Shown: in pieces, positions 27,834 to 37,882 of the stretch | Layout: every line of letters begins with the position of its first letter | How positions within the stretch are numbered: position 1 is the stretch's first letter | Assembly: GCA_039030095.1 (NCBI GenBank) | Contig: JBCCET010000004.1 | Coordinates: forward strand, 16,057 to 80,056 | Direction of reading: 5' to 3' | Source of the DNA: Pseudomonadota bacterium | GTDB lineage: Bacteria > Pseudomonadota > Alphaproteobacteria > Rhodobacterales > Rhodobacteraceae | DNA length: 64,000 bases | The notes under the pieces: model-generated | What the model saw: only the letters and a program-made list of their open reading frames with translations | Told to the model about the DNA's origin: nothing | Database searches by the model: none | Translations under genes and position numbers: made by a program

Positions 27834-30791
27834 ATGGAACCCAACATGAGCGACTTGGAAGCCCAGCACGCCGCAGCCCTTGCGGCTACCGAAGCCAAGG
27901 CCCCGGCCCGTACGATCAACCCGTTTTTCGGCGTAGGCCCAATCAGCGATGTGATCCGGGACGAGGTCGACGGGCGCAAGAACCGCTTTGCCTTTGATCG
28001 CTGGTTGGAGGAAACCTATCGCAAGGTCGACGATGCGGGCAACGATCTGGGTCCATTCACCACGGCAGAGATCGGCCGTTCCATGCACCGGGGCTATCCG
28101 GCAGACGCGATCCTGCGGGATATGATGTTTCACATCCACCGCTACTTCGGCTTTCCCAAAGAAAACCCGATGGCCGTCGGTTTGGGCGGCGGACACAGTG
28201 GTTTCACTGTCGCCATCATGCACCTGATGAACCCGAACCTGGACGGGCAAAAGGTATTTGTGGATACGCCACGTCCGGAATCGTCTGAAGCAGCAAAAGG
28301 CGGGTTCTTCCGCCAAAGCTGGGGCACCCAGATCCTGGAACTTCAGCAATTTGCCGCTAACGGGCACGACGACAAGGTTGTTTTCTCTGACGCCGAAGGC
28401 ACAATCCCATCCGCTGAAGCTTTGACGGAAATGGGCATCACGCTTTTTGTCGGTGTCGGGCATGAAACGACAGGTGCCACCACATACACCACCGAAGAGG
28501 TTCAGTCTCTGCTCGATTGGCTGGCAGGTGATCCGGAAAATCGTCACGCGATGATTGATGCCACCTCGATGCTGGGCGCGATGCCTTGGCCTGCGGATCA
28601 GGTGAAAGACTTCATGCAGAAATGCTGCATCTTCACGCCGTTCCAGAAGGCAATCGGTGGCGTGTCGGGCTATTTCCTTGCTTCATTCACACCGGCGGCG
28701 ATGAAGTTGATAGACGCCAACCAAAAGAACCCGGCCTGGGCCATTGCGCGCCAGCTGAAACTTGTGGTTCCGACGGACGCCAAAAAACCGCTCAGCGGGG
28801 ACAAGTCTGTGGCGCTGGGCCCGTTCTATGACGCTGACGCTGACAAGATGACCGGCGGGGTGATCAATACGTTTTCGTCACTCGCGTTTGCTGAAACGAC
28901 TTACTGCCTGCTGCGGGTGGAAAAGCTGATCGGGTCCGTGGCGGTGATGAACCAGCGATCCACGGCCAACCGTGCCAAGATCGATGAATGGATCGCCGGG
29001 CAAACACTGTTGACCGCAGGTGTTCCAAGCGCCGCAAAACGCGGTGCAGCGGTGACACTTCTGGGCGTCAATGATCCGGACGTCACCGACGCAGACCTCC
29101 ACGTCCGCATCATCGCACGGTCCAAACAGTTGATGGGGTATGAGGGGCTGACCCACCCAAACGGTGACTATGAGGTCGGCCTGGATGCGGCCCGATATGT
29201 CAACACGTTCCCCGGCACGCCGGGCGACTACCGTGCTTGGATCGGCGGCATCCGGGATGAAGACGACATCGTTCGGCTGCTGGAAAACATCTCTTACGCC
29301 TACACCCGCGCAAAAGCAGTTGTCCTGGAAGAGGAACTGGCAAAGAGCGGGACAACCTTTGAGGCATCCGGCGCGTCCGATGGCGAAACACGCCTGGACG
29401 ACCAGACGCGCGCCTACCGCATTTTGATCGCTGATCTGGTGGGTTTGAAATTCGACGCCGATGGAAAGCCTGACCCGTCAGAGGTCAAAGCTCATATTGA
29501 AGCACAAGGTGCGACCTTCACCGATGGCCCATGGGACAGCGCAGAACTGCGTGCAGGCCAGCACTTTTTCTATCAGCCAGACCTGTCGACACAGGAAGAA
29601 CTGACAGCCGCCTGCTGTGCAAATCAATATGACGCGGTTATCGCAGCGGCGACCTTCTTTCCCGAAGGGGCAACCTTTCCCGAAGGCGGCGTGCGCATTG
29701 GTGCGGGCACCGGCAACATGGCCTGCGCCTGTTGGGGCGGTGGTGACGGCGCCGGTGGCGGCGCGCCGTTGATGAACACACCCAGCTTCAACAGTCGCGC
29801 CACTGCGCAAATGGCAATGAAGGCGCTGTTGCGGGTGTTGCCTGACCTGGACGTGGAGGAAATGCACAACCGCGTGGTTGAAGGCGACTTCGACACCGGC
29901 AAACACCTGCGCGACTACCCCACGGAAAAGCTGGAAGGCAAACGTATGGGGGTCATCGGCTACGGCAATATCGGGCGGGAGGTCGCAAAACTCGGCCAGG
30001 CGTTTGGAATGACGGTCGCAATCTATGCGCGCGAACGCCACAAGCAGTGGATCGAGTCGGAAGGCTTCATCTATGCTGCCACGCCAGAAGAAGCAGCCCA
30101 GGGCGCCGACGTTTTGTCGCCGCACACCGGGCTGGGTGCCAAAGGCGCGGATGGGGCGTTTGCCAACGCAGGTCTAGTGGGTGCATCGGTCCTGAATGCG
30201 CTGAACGACGGTGCGATTGTCGTGAACTATGACCGCGGTGAAGTAGTGGATGCGGACGCCCTGCATGGGGCAATGGACAGCGGGAAAGTCCGCTTTGCCG
30301 CCATCGACGCGGATCTGTTTGTGGCCGACGACGGCAGTCTGTTTGGTCCGATGGTGCCATACCGCCCATTGATTGAAGCATTCCCGGATCGGCTGGAACT
30401 GCTACCCCATGCGGCGGCTGACACCGAACACACGTCCCGCGTGGAAGGTGCCAAACAAGCCGTGGACCAGTTGCTCAGCGCGATCCGGTATCGCCGTGTG
30501 ATCAACTGCAAAGGCGACGTGCCGGCAGGCTACACCAGTGGTGGCGCGCAAACCGTACCCGGCGTTGGCAAAGTGTCCGCTGACGTGATTGCCGCCGTAG
30601 ATGCAGCAGAGGTTACAACCCTGAGCAATGCTGCCGAAACGCTGGCCGCTATCTGGGGCGCTATCGACACCACCCGTGATCCGGCCCGACGGGCCGAATT
30701 GATCGCGGGTCACGGCGAAGAACTGACGCTGGCCTCCAACACTTTGAAGCGTGAAATGGACCGTCTTGGCCTGGTCGGCGGCTACGCTTAA
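27834..30791 (+). CDS. fusion protein: SerC-like class-V aminotransferase-fold N-terminal region plus a D-2-hydroxyacid dehydrogenase C-terminal region
   Basis: The track ORF starts at 27531, but the upstream 100 aa are junk-like. Candidate starts are ATG 27834 (MEPNMSD...) or 27846 (GGAA upstream). N-terminal part: 'AVGLGGGHSGFTVAIMHLMNP' and 'FTPFQKAIGGVSGY' resemble the SerC GGG and PLP-lysine segments. C-terminal part: 'KRMGVIGYGNIGREVAKLGQAFGMTV' and 'LLPHAAADTEHT' are 2-hydroxyacid dehydrogenase motifs. Confidence 0.8.
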   Translation: MEPNMSDLEAQHAAALAATEAKAPARTINPFFGVGPISDVIRDEVDGRKNRFAFDRWLEETYRKVDDAGNDLGPFTTAEIGRSMHRGYPADAILRDMMFHIHRYFGFPKENPMAVGLGGGHSGFTVAIMHLMNPNLDGQKVFVDTPRPESSEAAKGGFFRQSWGTQILELQQFAANGHDDKVVFSDAEGTIPSAEALTEMGITLFVGVGHETTGATTYTTEEVQSLLDWLAGDPENRHAMIDATSMLGAMPWPADQVKDFMQKCCIFTPFQKAIGGVSGYFLASFTPAAMKLIDANQKNPAWAIARQLKLVVPTDAKKPLSGDKSVALGPFYDADADKMTGGVINTFSSLAFAETTYCLLRVEKLIGSVAVMNQRSTANRAKIDEWIAGQTLLTAGVPSAAKRGAAVTLLGVNDPDVTDADLHVRIIARSKQLMGYEGLTHPNGDYEVGLDAARYVNTFPGTPGDYRAWIGGIRDEDDIVRLLENISYAYTRAKAVVLEEELAKSGTTFEASGASDGETRLDDQTRAYRILIADLVGLKFDADGKPDPSEVKAHIEAQGATFTDGPWDSAELRAGQHFFYQPDLSTQEELTAACCANQYDAVIAAATFFPEGATFPEGGVRIGAGTGNMACACWGGGDGAGGGAPLMNTPSFNSRATAQMAMKALLRVLPDLDVEEMHNRVVEGDFDTGKHLRDYPTEKLEGKRMGVIGYGNIGREVAKLGQAFGMTVAIYARERHKQWIESEGFIYAATPEEAAQGADVLSPHTGLGAKGADGAFANAGLVGASVLNALNDGAIVVNYDRGEVVDADALHGAMDSGKVRFAAIDADLFVADDGSLFGPMVPYRPLIEAFPDRLELLPHAAADTEHTSRVEGAKQAVDQLLSAIRYRRVINCKGDVPAGYTSGGAQTVPGVGKVSADVIAAVDAAEVTTLSNAAETLAAIWGAIDTTRDPARRAELIAGHGEELTLASNTLKREMDRLGLVGGYA

Positions 30792-30797
30792 AGCGCG

Positions 30798-31610
30798 CTA
30801 ATCTTCTGACCCAATCCGGTCGAGGAATTTTTTGCGACCCCGTTCGCCTATCCGCTCAAACAGCGGGTAGGCGTAATGCGACAGCCACGGGAAGGCGTTT
30901 GTGAACCGCGCCAAGAAGCTCTCAGAATAGGGCACATAGACTTCCAACCGCGGTTTATCTATTGCCCGCATAAAGGCATTTGCCACATCCTGTGCCGTGC
31001 CAGGTTTGTTGATGAAATTGAGCGCCGATCCGCCGTGGCGGGCCTCATGTCGCAGCATCGGCGTATCAACGCCCGCCGGGTAGACGCCGGTCACATTCAC
31101 ACCATGGGGCCGCAGTTCATCCCGCAACCCCCAAAGCAGTCCGCGCAGCCCAAATTTGGCCGCGGAATAAGTGGCAGATCCCTTCAGCGACACTAAGGCC
31201 CCCATCGACACCGTCACCAGAATGTGCCCCGACCCAGCGGCTTTCATGCGCCGCGCAAAAGCCTGGATCAGCGTTGCATTGGATATCAGGTTGATCTGCA
31301 ATTCCCACAGCATCCGGTCGCGCGGCAGGTCGGCAAGGTCGCCAATATTGATGCCGCCTGCATTCAGGATCACAACGTCGAAAGTACGGGTGTCAGGGGC
31401 CGACATCTGGTCGCAAAACGCTTCCACTGCCGACATGTCGGTTTGATCAAGCAATTGCATTGTGCTGGTTGAATAGATCTCTGCCATCTGCGCCAGCCGT
31501 TGGGCATCAAAATCCACAAGTGTCAGCTGGTAGCCGCGTGCATGCAGATCCGCTGCAATGGCAGAGCCGATACCACCCGTTGCGCCAGTTAAAAGGGCGG
31601 TCTTGGTCAT
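30798..31610 (-). CDS. SDR family oxidoreductase
   Basis: 270-aa ORF with 'ALLTGATGGIGSAIA' (TGxxxGxG) and 'YSAAKFGL' (YxxxK). Confidence 0.85.
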   Translation of the reverse strand: MTKTALLTGATGGIGSAIAADLHARGYQLTLVDFDAQRLAQMAEIYSTSTMQLLDQTDMSAVEAFCDQMSAPDTRTFDVVILNAGGINIGDLADLPRDRMLWELQINLISNATLIQAFARRMKAAGSGHILVTVSMGALVSLKGSATYSAAKFGLRGLLWGLRDELRPHGVNVTGVYPAGVDTPMLRHEARHGGSALNFINKPGTAQDVANAFMRAIDKPRLEVYVPYSESFLARFTNAFPWLSHYAYPLFERIGERGRKKFLDRIGSED

Positions 31611-31615
31611 TTCGC

Positions 31616-32971
31616 CTATTCCGCCGCTACATCAATTTTGTGCGGCTTTGGCGGGGAAATCACGCCCGGCTCATCTTCTGGTCTGGTCCACCCCATTTTC
31701 TTGTAGAGCTTGCACATGAACTTTTGCCATGCATGGCTGTCGAAGTAGGCCGCATGACGATCCGATTTCACGAACTTAATGCCGCCGCTTAGGTCCGGTT
31801 CGTCTGTGGCAATCAAGTCTTCCATGGCCTGCGCAGATGGCCGACCAGCTGCCTGATCAGCCAAATGGTTCGCTATGGAAAACGACATCAGATCGAATAG
31901 TTTGTAGGCACCTGAATTGGTCTCGACATAGCTCATCGTGAACAGGTTTTTGTGTTTTCTGGAAAAGAGTTGCAGGTAGGCTTTCATGCGCCCGCCTTCG
32001 TAGTTCAAGTAGTCTTTTCCAAACGGTTGTTCGTGGCTGTAGCCGGTGGCGCAAAGGATCAAATCAACCTCTTCCCGCGTGCCATCCTTAAAGACCACGC
32101 CTTTGCCATCCAGATGGTCAATGTCCGGCTTTGCCTGCAGGTCGCCATGCTGCAGGTAATGCAGGACCTGACTGTTCAGGATCGGATGGGATTCCATCAA
32201 CTTGTGATCTGGTTTTGGCAGGCCCAGCCGGGACACGTCGCCGAGGATGAACCGCAGAAGCAGCGTGAAGATCGGGCGTTGTAGCCACAGCGGCAGGTGA
32301 GGCCCACTGTCCGCAAACACGTCCGATGGCATGCCGCAGATATGTTTCGGGATAAAGTAGTAGCCACGGCGCACGGACAGATAAGCGCGGTCGGCATTGG
32401 ATGCGGCATCACAGGCGATATCCACGCCAGAGTTTCCGGCGCCCACGACCAAAACGCGCTTTCCACGAAACTCATCGGCATGTTGGTAGCTGTTGGAATG
32501 GCGAATTTCCCCGTCGAAGTCGCCCTTGAAGTCGGGCATCAAAGGGAACTATTGCGCCCCCGTGGCGCAGACAACGGCGCTGTAGCGCTGCGCCGTCCCG
32601 GTGCTGAGCGTCACGTCCCATTCGCCATCAGATGTCTTTGCCAGATCCGTGACGCGTGTGTTGAACGTGATCGCATCCCGAAGGCCCCATTGCGTTGCGA
32701 AGTCGCGAATATAGCTCAGTATCTGGCGGTGAGATGGGTAGTCGGGAAAATGATCGGGCATCGACAGGCCGGTGTAACCGCTCATCGTTTTGGATGAGAT
32801 GAAATGGGCGCTTTCATACATCGGCCCGTCCGGCTGTGTGATGTCCCAGATCCCGCCAACGTCGCTGTGGCCTTCAAACTGGTCATAGTCGATGCCCTTG
32901 ACCTGGCAAGCTCGGGCCATCGACAGTCCAGCGGGACCAGCCCCGATGATGCAAACTTTTTGAACTGCCAT
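31616..32971 (-). pseudogene. flavin-containing monooxygenase interrupted by a single in-frame TAG
   Basis: Track ORFs 32549-32998 (FAD motif 'IIGAGPAGLS') and 31616-32542 (NADPH motif 'VVGAGNSGVD') are in the same frame. Read on the minus strand the junction is ...VCATGAQ-TAG-FPLMPDFKGDFDGEIRHSNSY, with the TAG at 32549-32551. The start at 32971 has GAGGGA upstream. Confidence 0.75.
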
Positions 32972-33132
32972 GGACCAATCCCTCGCTACCGGGTGCAATT
33001 GTCGGCTTTTTCAAACCGCTTAAGTCCAGCTTAACAAACAGTTTGCCAAACAACCCAGCACAAAACTTACCCCGGTCTCACAAGTCGGTCTGACCTGCGT
33101 GAGCTTTATTGTTGGGATAACTCGCGGATTGC

Positions 33133-33687
33133 CTACGGTGCCACCCATGTGCCGACCCAATCATCCGCCCGTTGGTAAGCCGCACGGCGGTGTTGGTCAT
33201 CCAGATGCACCAGGTCGATGTCGGTTAACAGGCAGCGCAACACAGCAAAACGATCGCGAACCACCGGTTTGGCATAGTCATAAACGTGTCCGATGGGCGT
33301 ACCCGGCACAGGATCAGTTCCGTAGGACACGCGAGAGCCCGATGGCACCTTGTTCCATTCGGCCTCAACGCCGGGCCCTGTGCGAATGTCCACCTCCGCC
33401 GTCATTCTGATCTGCAAACGGGCGCGCGGCACCCAAACGTGCAAAGCGGCAATGGGCGCCTTTCGAAGTGCGCGGACCTTGTTAGTGTCGATGTCGGTGT
33501 GCACTTCTACCAGTGCCACGTTTTGATCTGCATGGCGTAGCGCAACCGTTCGCGCCTCTGGCACACCGTCGGGTGATATTGTGGCGAAGGTGGGAAACCG
33601 TGCCGGCGCATCTGCATCCGCAACACCCTCTGCTAGATGGCGCCAAGCGTCAGCCAAAAACGCCACAAGGTCGTTTGTGTCACTCAT
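33133..33687 (-). CDS. pyridoxamine 5'-phosphate oxidase-like FMN-binding family protein
   Basis: 184-aa ORF. 'ARFPTFATISPDGVPEARTVALR' and the split-barrel pattern. Overlaps the upstream AttH-like gene by 8 nt. Confidence 0.7.
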   Translation of the reverse strand: MSDTNDLVAFLADAWRHLAEGVADADAPARFPTFATISPDGVPEARTVALRHADQNVALVEVHTDIDTNKVRALRKAPIAALHVWVPRARLQIRMTAEVDIRTGPGVEAEWNKVPSGSRVSYGTDPVPGTPIGHVYDYAKPVVRDRFAVLRCLLTDIDLVHLDDQHRRAAYQRADDWVGTWVAP

Positions 33688-34720
33688 ATCCCGTCATCTC
33701 CAAATAACCTCTGCCTTGATGGCTGCCGCTGATCAAAACCGGCCCTTCCCAGTAGGGAATTGTCAGGTTCATCCAGGCATTCGGGTTTAATGCGCCAACG
33801 ACAACATCAACCCTGCGGTCCGGCAGTTTGACCTGCCACCGAATTGGGATGGCCCGCCCGTCCACAGACGTTTCAGCAAGCGGGACCGCCACAAAAGCAC
33901 CGGAGGGGTAGGCGGTCGTTGTGCCATCCGCAGCGATCCAGGTGGAGGCGCTGTATTGGCTGCCGTCAGTCTGGCGCAGTTGAAACCCCATCAGCTTCGT
34001 CCCATCGTTGAAAGACAGCGAAAACCAGTCCCATCCCGACTGCGTGTCAGACAAGGGTTGCGATGACCATTCCCGATCCAACCAGGCGTCGCCGCTGACC
34101 TGTACATCGCCGGTTGGCAGGCGCAACGTGCCTTCGATACGGAAGAAGGGTTGGGAGTAGTAGTTGCTCGCCTGACCCTCTGCCGATTTAACGGAAAACC
34201 CGTCCGCGCCGTGAAAAACGAGCGGCCCGTCCGCCGCAAGCGTCATGTCATAGGCAAAGTCTGACCCCTGTGCGCGTAGGGACAACGTATCAAAATCTGG
34301 CCCTTCCAGCGCCCATTCGTCGATCCATGCACGAAAGGGTGTTGCGGTCACGCCTGCTTGGCCAATGCCGCCGCGTGCAAACCTCTCAGTTGCGTAGTGG
34401 TTGTCCGGCGTCGTGACTGCTGCATGGGCAAACCACACTTGCGGGGACCGCCATCCTGCGGCCTCCCCCGGGGCCAGGGCAGATCGGAAAAGGGTCCATT
34501 GCAAGCCGTAGGGCGTGCCATCCTCGGAGGTCAGATTTGCAGTGATATACCACCATTCGATGCGGTAATCTGGGTGGGGGCCGTGGTCTGCTGGAAAGAT
34601 GAAAGCAGGGTTCGGTTCTGGCGTGGCGAAACCTTCGGCGTCCGTTCCCAAACCAGAAAAGCCCTGCGACCAGGCGGCTATGGGCAAAAGGCAGATCAAT
34701 ATCAGCCACCTAGCGTTCAT
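33680..34720 (-). CDS. AttH-like / CrtC-type lipocalin-fold secreted protein
   Basis: 346-aa ORF with a signal peptide. 'FPADHGPHPDYRIEWWYITANL' is the hallmark of the hydroxyneurosporene-synthase-like (AttH) family. Follows an ABC ATPase and a FtsX permease, as in the Agrobacterium attEFGH locus. Confidence 0.75.
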   Translation of the reverse strand: MNARWLILICLLPIAAWSQGFSGLGTDAEGFATPEPNPAFIFPADHGPHPDYRIEWWYITANLTSEDGTPYGLQWTLFRSALAPGEAAGWRSPQVWFAHAAVTTPDNHYATERFARGGIGQAGVTATPFRAWIDEWALEGPDFDTLSLRAQGSDFAYDMTLAADGPLVFHGADGFSVKSAEGQASNYYSQPFFRIEGTLRLPTGDVQVSGDAWLDREWSSQPLSDTQSGWDWFSLSFNDGTKLMGFQLRQTDGSQYSASTWIAADGTTTAYPSGAFVAVPLAETSVDGRAIPIRWQVKLPDRRVDVVVGALNPNAWMNLTIPYWEGPVLISGSHQGRGYLEMTGYE

Positions 34721-37088
34721 TTGCGAATACCTTCAGCAATGTTGCAGGCGACATCCGCGCCAGACGTAGCGCAGGCCAGGCAGCAGCCAAAACCGCCGCC
34801 ACAATAGTGTAGACGCCTAACAGCGCGTATTCTTTAGGGAACAGGAACATCGGAAGACGCCACCCAAAGGCCTCCACATTTATGATGCTCAACAAAACCC
34901 ACGCCAGCGCCAGACCAAGCGGCAGGGCAAAGGCAAAAACCAAAACGGACAACCCAACTGCACGCAGGATCTCCAGCCTGCCCAGCGTGCTACGGGTCAA
35001 TCCGGTGGCCCAAACCGGCGCCAACTGCGGCACGCGCACGTCAGCCAAGGTCAGCAGGCTCATCAACATGGCAAACCCCGCCACGCCGAGTGTCAGCACA
35101 TTCAGCACCTGCGTAACCGTAAACGTTCGGTCAAAAACTCGCATGGATGTGGCTTTGATCACGCCTTGATTGATCATCGAATTTGCAGGGATCCCGAGGT
35201 TTTTGGTGATATCGCTCCGTAAGCGATCCACATCTGCGGTGCGAACACCGAAGCGGAGCGCGGTACTGTCCGGATAGAGTTCTTTGAACACGCGTTCGGA
35301 CGTAATCACCTGACCATTGGGATTGCCGTAGTCGCCGACAACCGCTGCGATGGGCAGCGCAAGATCGGGGGCAATGTCCACACTATCACCCACCCACAAG
35401 CCTGCCCGACGGGCCAATTGCTCATTCACGACCAAGGCGGATCCGGCATCCACTTGGTCCCAGGCATTGGGGCTGGCCGCCAGAAACACCCAGTTGTTGC
35501 GGTATGTCGGCCCGACCCGCACGCCAAAATGGCGCACGGGGTGTCCGGCAATCTGCTTTCTGTTGACCATTAGCGGCAGCGTTTCCAATCCCCGGTCAGC
35601 CAAAAATGCCTCCAACGCGGCGCTTTGGTCTGCGGTTTCAACCGCGACAAACAGCTCCGGCGCCAAACGCTGATCCAAGAACCCAGTGAACGTCAGACGA
35701 AAGCTCGACACCATGGTTGAAACGCCGATGTTTGCCGACACAGCCAAGAGCAAGGCCATCAGCGCCAGGTTCAGACCGGGCAACTGTTGGCGCGTATCAG
35801 CCCAAAACCACTGCGCGACCGGTGCTGTCGTGCGCGCCTCAATCAAGCTCAGCGCCCGCGAAAATAGCCCTGGCAGGGCAAAAGCCGCGCCAACCAAAAG
35901 ACACGCCAACATTGCAAACCCGGCCAGCAAGCCGTCTACCAGAACCAAAAGCCCGACGGCTGTACAAAGCAGTCCCACCGCACTGATCGTAAGCCAACGA
36001 AATCGCTGGGCGCCGCCGACAACCCAAGCCCGAGGGCGGGCGCTTGCCAAAATGGGCATCTGCCAAACCTGCCAGATACGCCCGCTGAGCGCGGCGCCTG
36101 TGCCGAGCATCGTGATCAAGACACCGGAAAGCCACCATTCAGCACGCAGGTCCAGTGTGCCGGAAATCTGCGCGCCATAAAGTCCGCGTAGCGTGGCCGC
36201 CACATCAGGCAGCAGCATAGCCGCAATCAAATACCCCAAGACGATCCCGATCCCTGCGCCGATCAGGGCCAGGGTCAACATCTCCGCCGCGATCACGCTG
36301 ACAAGTACGCGCAGAGGCACACCAAGCGAGCGAAGGGTCCGGATCATGCCCCGGCGCTGCTCAAACGCCAATCCAATCGTGCTGTGCACGATGAACAGCC
36401 CAACCGCGAAGCTAAGGAACCCGAAGGCCGTCAGGTTTAGATGAAAACTCTCGGTCAGTTGCGCCACATCTGCCGTCTGTTGGGATGACTGCAGCCGCAA
36501 GTTCGGGGCGATATCAGAAAGGTCTGGCTGACCCTTTGGCTGTTCGGGCAACACGATAAGTCGGGTAAGATCGCCGCGGTCCAGAAGGCGTAGAACAACG
36601 CCAATATCCCCGACCGCTACGCCGGGCGCGACACCGGGATCGATCTGAACATCCGCGACGTCGGCCAAGGTGGCGGCCGTTTCCGTGTTAGCAAACAGCG
36701 GTGGCGCGTCCCCAAGCGCCGCCAACGCCGGGGCGCCTTTCATTTGCGATGATCCAAGCCCGCCAGGTGCCGTCAAAACGTCAAGCCCGACAATCCGCAC
36801 ACCTTGCAGTTGCCCTTCAACAACCGGGGAGACCAGCCATCCCGCGCTGCGGAGGTCAAGATACACCTGCAAAGGTATTGAGCCGCCCTGCCGAGGGATG
36901 AGTTGTTCGTACTGTCCCTCTCCCAGGGTTTGGGCTGCTGCGTCATAGCTGGCGCGCGCCTCTGAATTGATCGCCTGCACGCCGGTCCAAAGCCCCGTTG
37001 CCAAAGCCAGCCCGGCCAGCAGCGCAAACAGCTGCATCGGCTTACGCCGCCAGTGGGATATCAGTGCCGTCAGGCAAGTGCGGATCAT
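34710..37088 (-). CDS. ABC transporter permease, FtsX/MacB-type (duplicated FtsX domains)
   Basis: 792-aa ORF with two 4-TM FtsX-like blocks separated by large periplasmic loops. 4-nt overlap with the ATPase and 11-nt overlap with the AttH-like gene. Confidence 0.85.
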   Translation of the reverse strand: MIRTCLTALISHWRRKPMQLFALLAGLALATGLWTGVQAINSEARASYDAAAQTLGEGQYEQLIPRQGGSIPLQVYLDLRSAGWLVSPVVEGQLQGVRIVGLDVLTAPGGLGSSQMKGAPALAALGDAPPLFANTETAATLADVADVQIDPGVAPGVAVGDIGVVLRLLDRGDLTRLIVLPEQPKGQPDLSDIAPNLRLQSSQQTADVAQLTESFHLNLTAFGFLSFAVGLFIVHSTIGLAFEQRRGMIRTLRSLGVPLRVLVSVIAAEMLTLALIGAGIGIVLGYLIAAMLLPDVAATLRGLYGAQISGTLDLRAEWWLSGVLITMLGTGAALSGRIWQVWQMPILASARPRAWVVGGAQRFRWLTISAVGLLCTAVGLLVLVDGLLAGFAMLACLLVGAAFALPGLFSRALSLIEARTTAPVAQWFWADTRQQLPGLNLALMALLLAVSANIGVSTMVSSFRLTFTGFLDQRLAPELFVAVETADQSAALEAFLADRGLETLPLMVNRKQIAGHPVRHFGVRVGPTYRNNWVFLAASPNAWDQVDAGSALVVNEQLARRAGLWVGDSVDIAPDLALPIAAVVGDYGNPNGQVITSERVFKELYPDSTALRFGVRTADVDRLRSDITKNLGIPANSMINQGVIKATSMRVFDRTFTVTQVLNVLTLGVAGFAMLMSLLTLADVRVPQLAPVWATGLTRSTLGRLEILRAVGLSVLVFAFALPLGLALAWVLLSIINVEAFGWRLPMFLFPKEYALLGVYTIVAAVLAAAWPALRLARMSPATLLKVFANER

Positions 37089-37759
37089 GTCAAAACGCCG
37101 CCTTGCAGATGCAACGTGCGATCCATGCGCGCGGCCAGTTTGGGGGAATGGGTCACGACCATCAAAGCCGCACCGGTTTGAGACACAAGGTCCAGCATCT
37201 GGTCCAAGACGTCTTCGGCCGTGGCCTCATCCAGGTTTCCAGTGGGCTCGTCGGCCAACAGGAGCTTTGGTTTTGCCGCCAAAGCGCGTGCAATTGCCAC
37301 GCGCTGTTGCTGGCCGCCGGACAGCGCCTCCGGATACTTGCGCAACTGGTCCGTCAGCCCCAAAGCCGCAACCAACTCGGCAATGTGTGCGCTATCTGCA
37401 CGCCCTGCCAGCGACGCCTGAAACGATATGTTGGTTGCCACAGTCAGGGATGGGATCAGGTTGAACTGTTGAAAGACAAGCGCGATGTCGGTCCGTCGTA
37501 ATTCCGCGCGGGCACTGTCATCCATGCCCGCCAAGTCGCGACCTGCCACGGTGACCGATCCGCTGTCGGGTTCCTCCAGCCCAGCAGCAATGTGCAAGGC
37601 CGTGCTTTTGCCGCTGCCGGATTCCCCCGTCAGGGCAAGCGTAGATCCGGGCGCCAGGTCGATGCTTACACCGGAAAGAACCGGAACCTTGCCGTCGCTG
37701 TCTCGATAAGACTTCGTGATGTCTTTTAGCTTCAATACCATTTGGCGTTTTCCATACAT
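37085..37759 (-). CDS. ABC transporter ATP-binding protein (LolD/MacB-type)
   Basis: Walker A 'GESGSGKST', signature '[15 protein letters not shown]', Walker B '[12 protein letters not shown]'. An alternative start at 37741 gives MVLKLKD.... Confidence 0.9.
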   Translation of the reverse strand: MYGKRQMVLKLKDITKSYRDSDGKVPVLSGVSIDLAPGSTLALTGESGSGKSTALHIAAGLEEPDSGSVTVAGRDLAGMDDSARAELRRTDIALVFQQFNLIPSLTVATNISFQASLAGRADSAHIAELVAALGLTDQLRKYPEALSGGQQQRVAIARALAAKPKLLLADEPTGNLDEATAEDVLDQMLDLVSQTGAALMVVTHSPKLAARMDRTLHLQGGVLT

Positions 37760-37882
37760 CGCAACCTATCGCGCGTACGCAGTTTTGACAGGCAATCTGT
37801 TCGCTTTCTTTAACTTACCCAGCGTTCTGATCCTGGGGTAAGGGAATGGTAGGCAGGCGACACACCAACAAGTCAAACCTGC

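Noticed and set aside
32549-32551. The in-frame TAG in the flavin monooxygenase as programmed recoding (pyrrolysine or read-through).
   Set aside because: No pyl genes or recoding signals are visible, and such recoding is not expected in alphaproteobacteria. A nonsense mutation or sequencing error is the simpler explanation.
37767-37777. A third exact copy of the 11-mer TATCGCGCGTA upstream of the FtsX/AttH ABC operon, as evidence that this operon belongs to the LacI regulon.
   Set aside because: Exact 11-mer coincidences are expected by chance in 64 kb of CG-rich DNA. The flanking A-rich extension shared by the two sites around the lacI gene is absent here.
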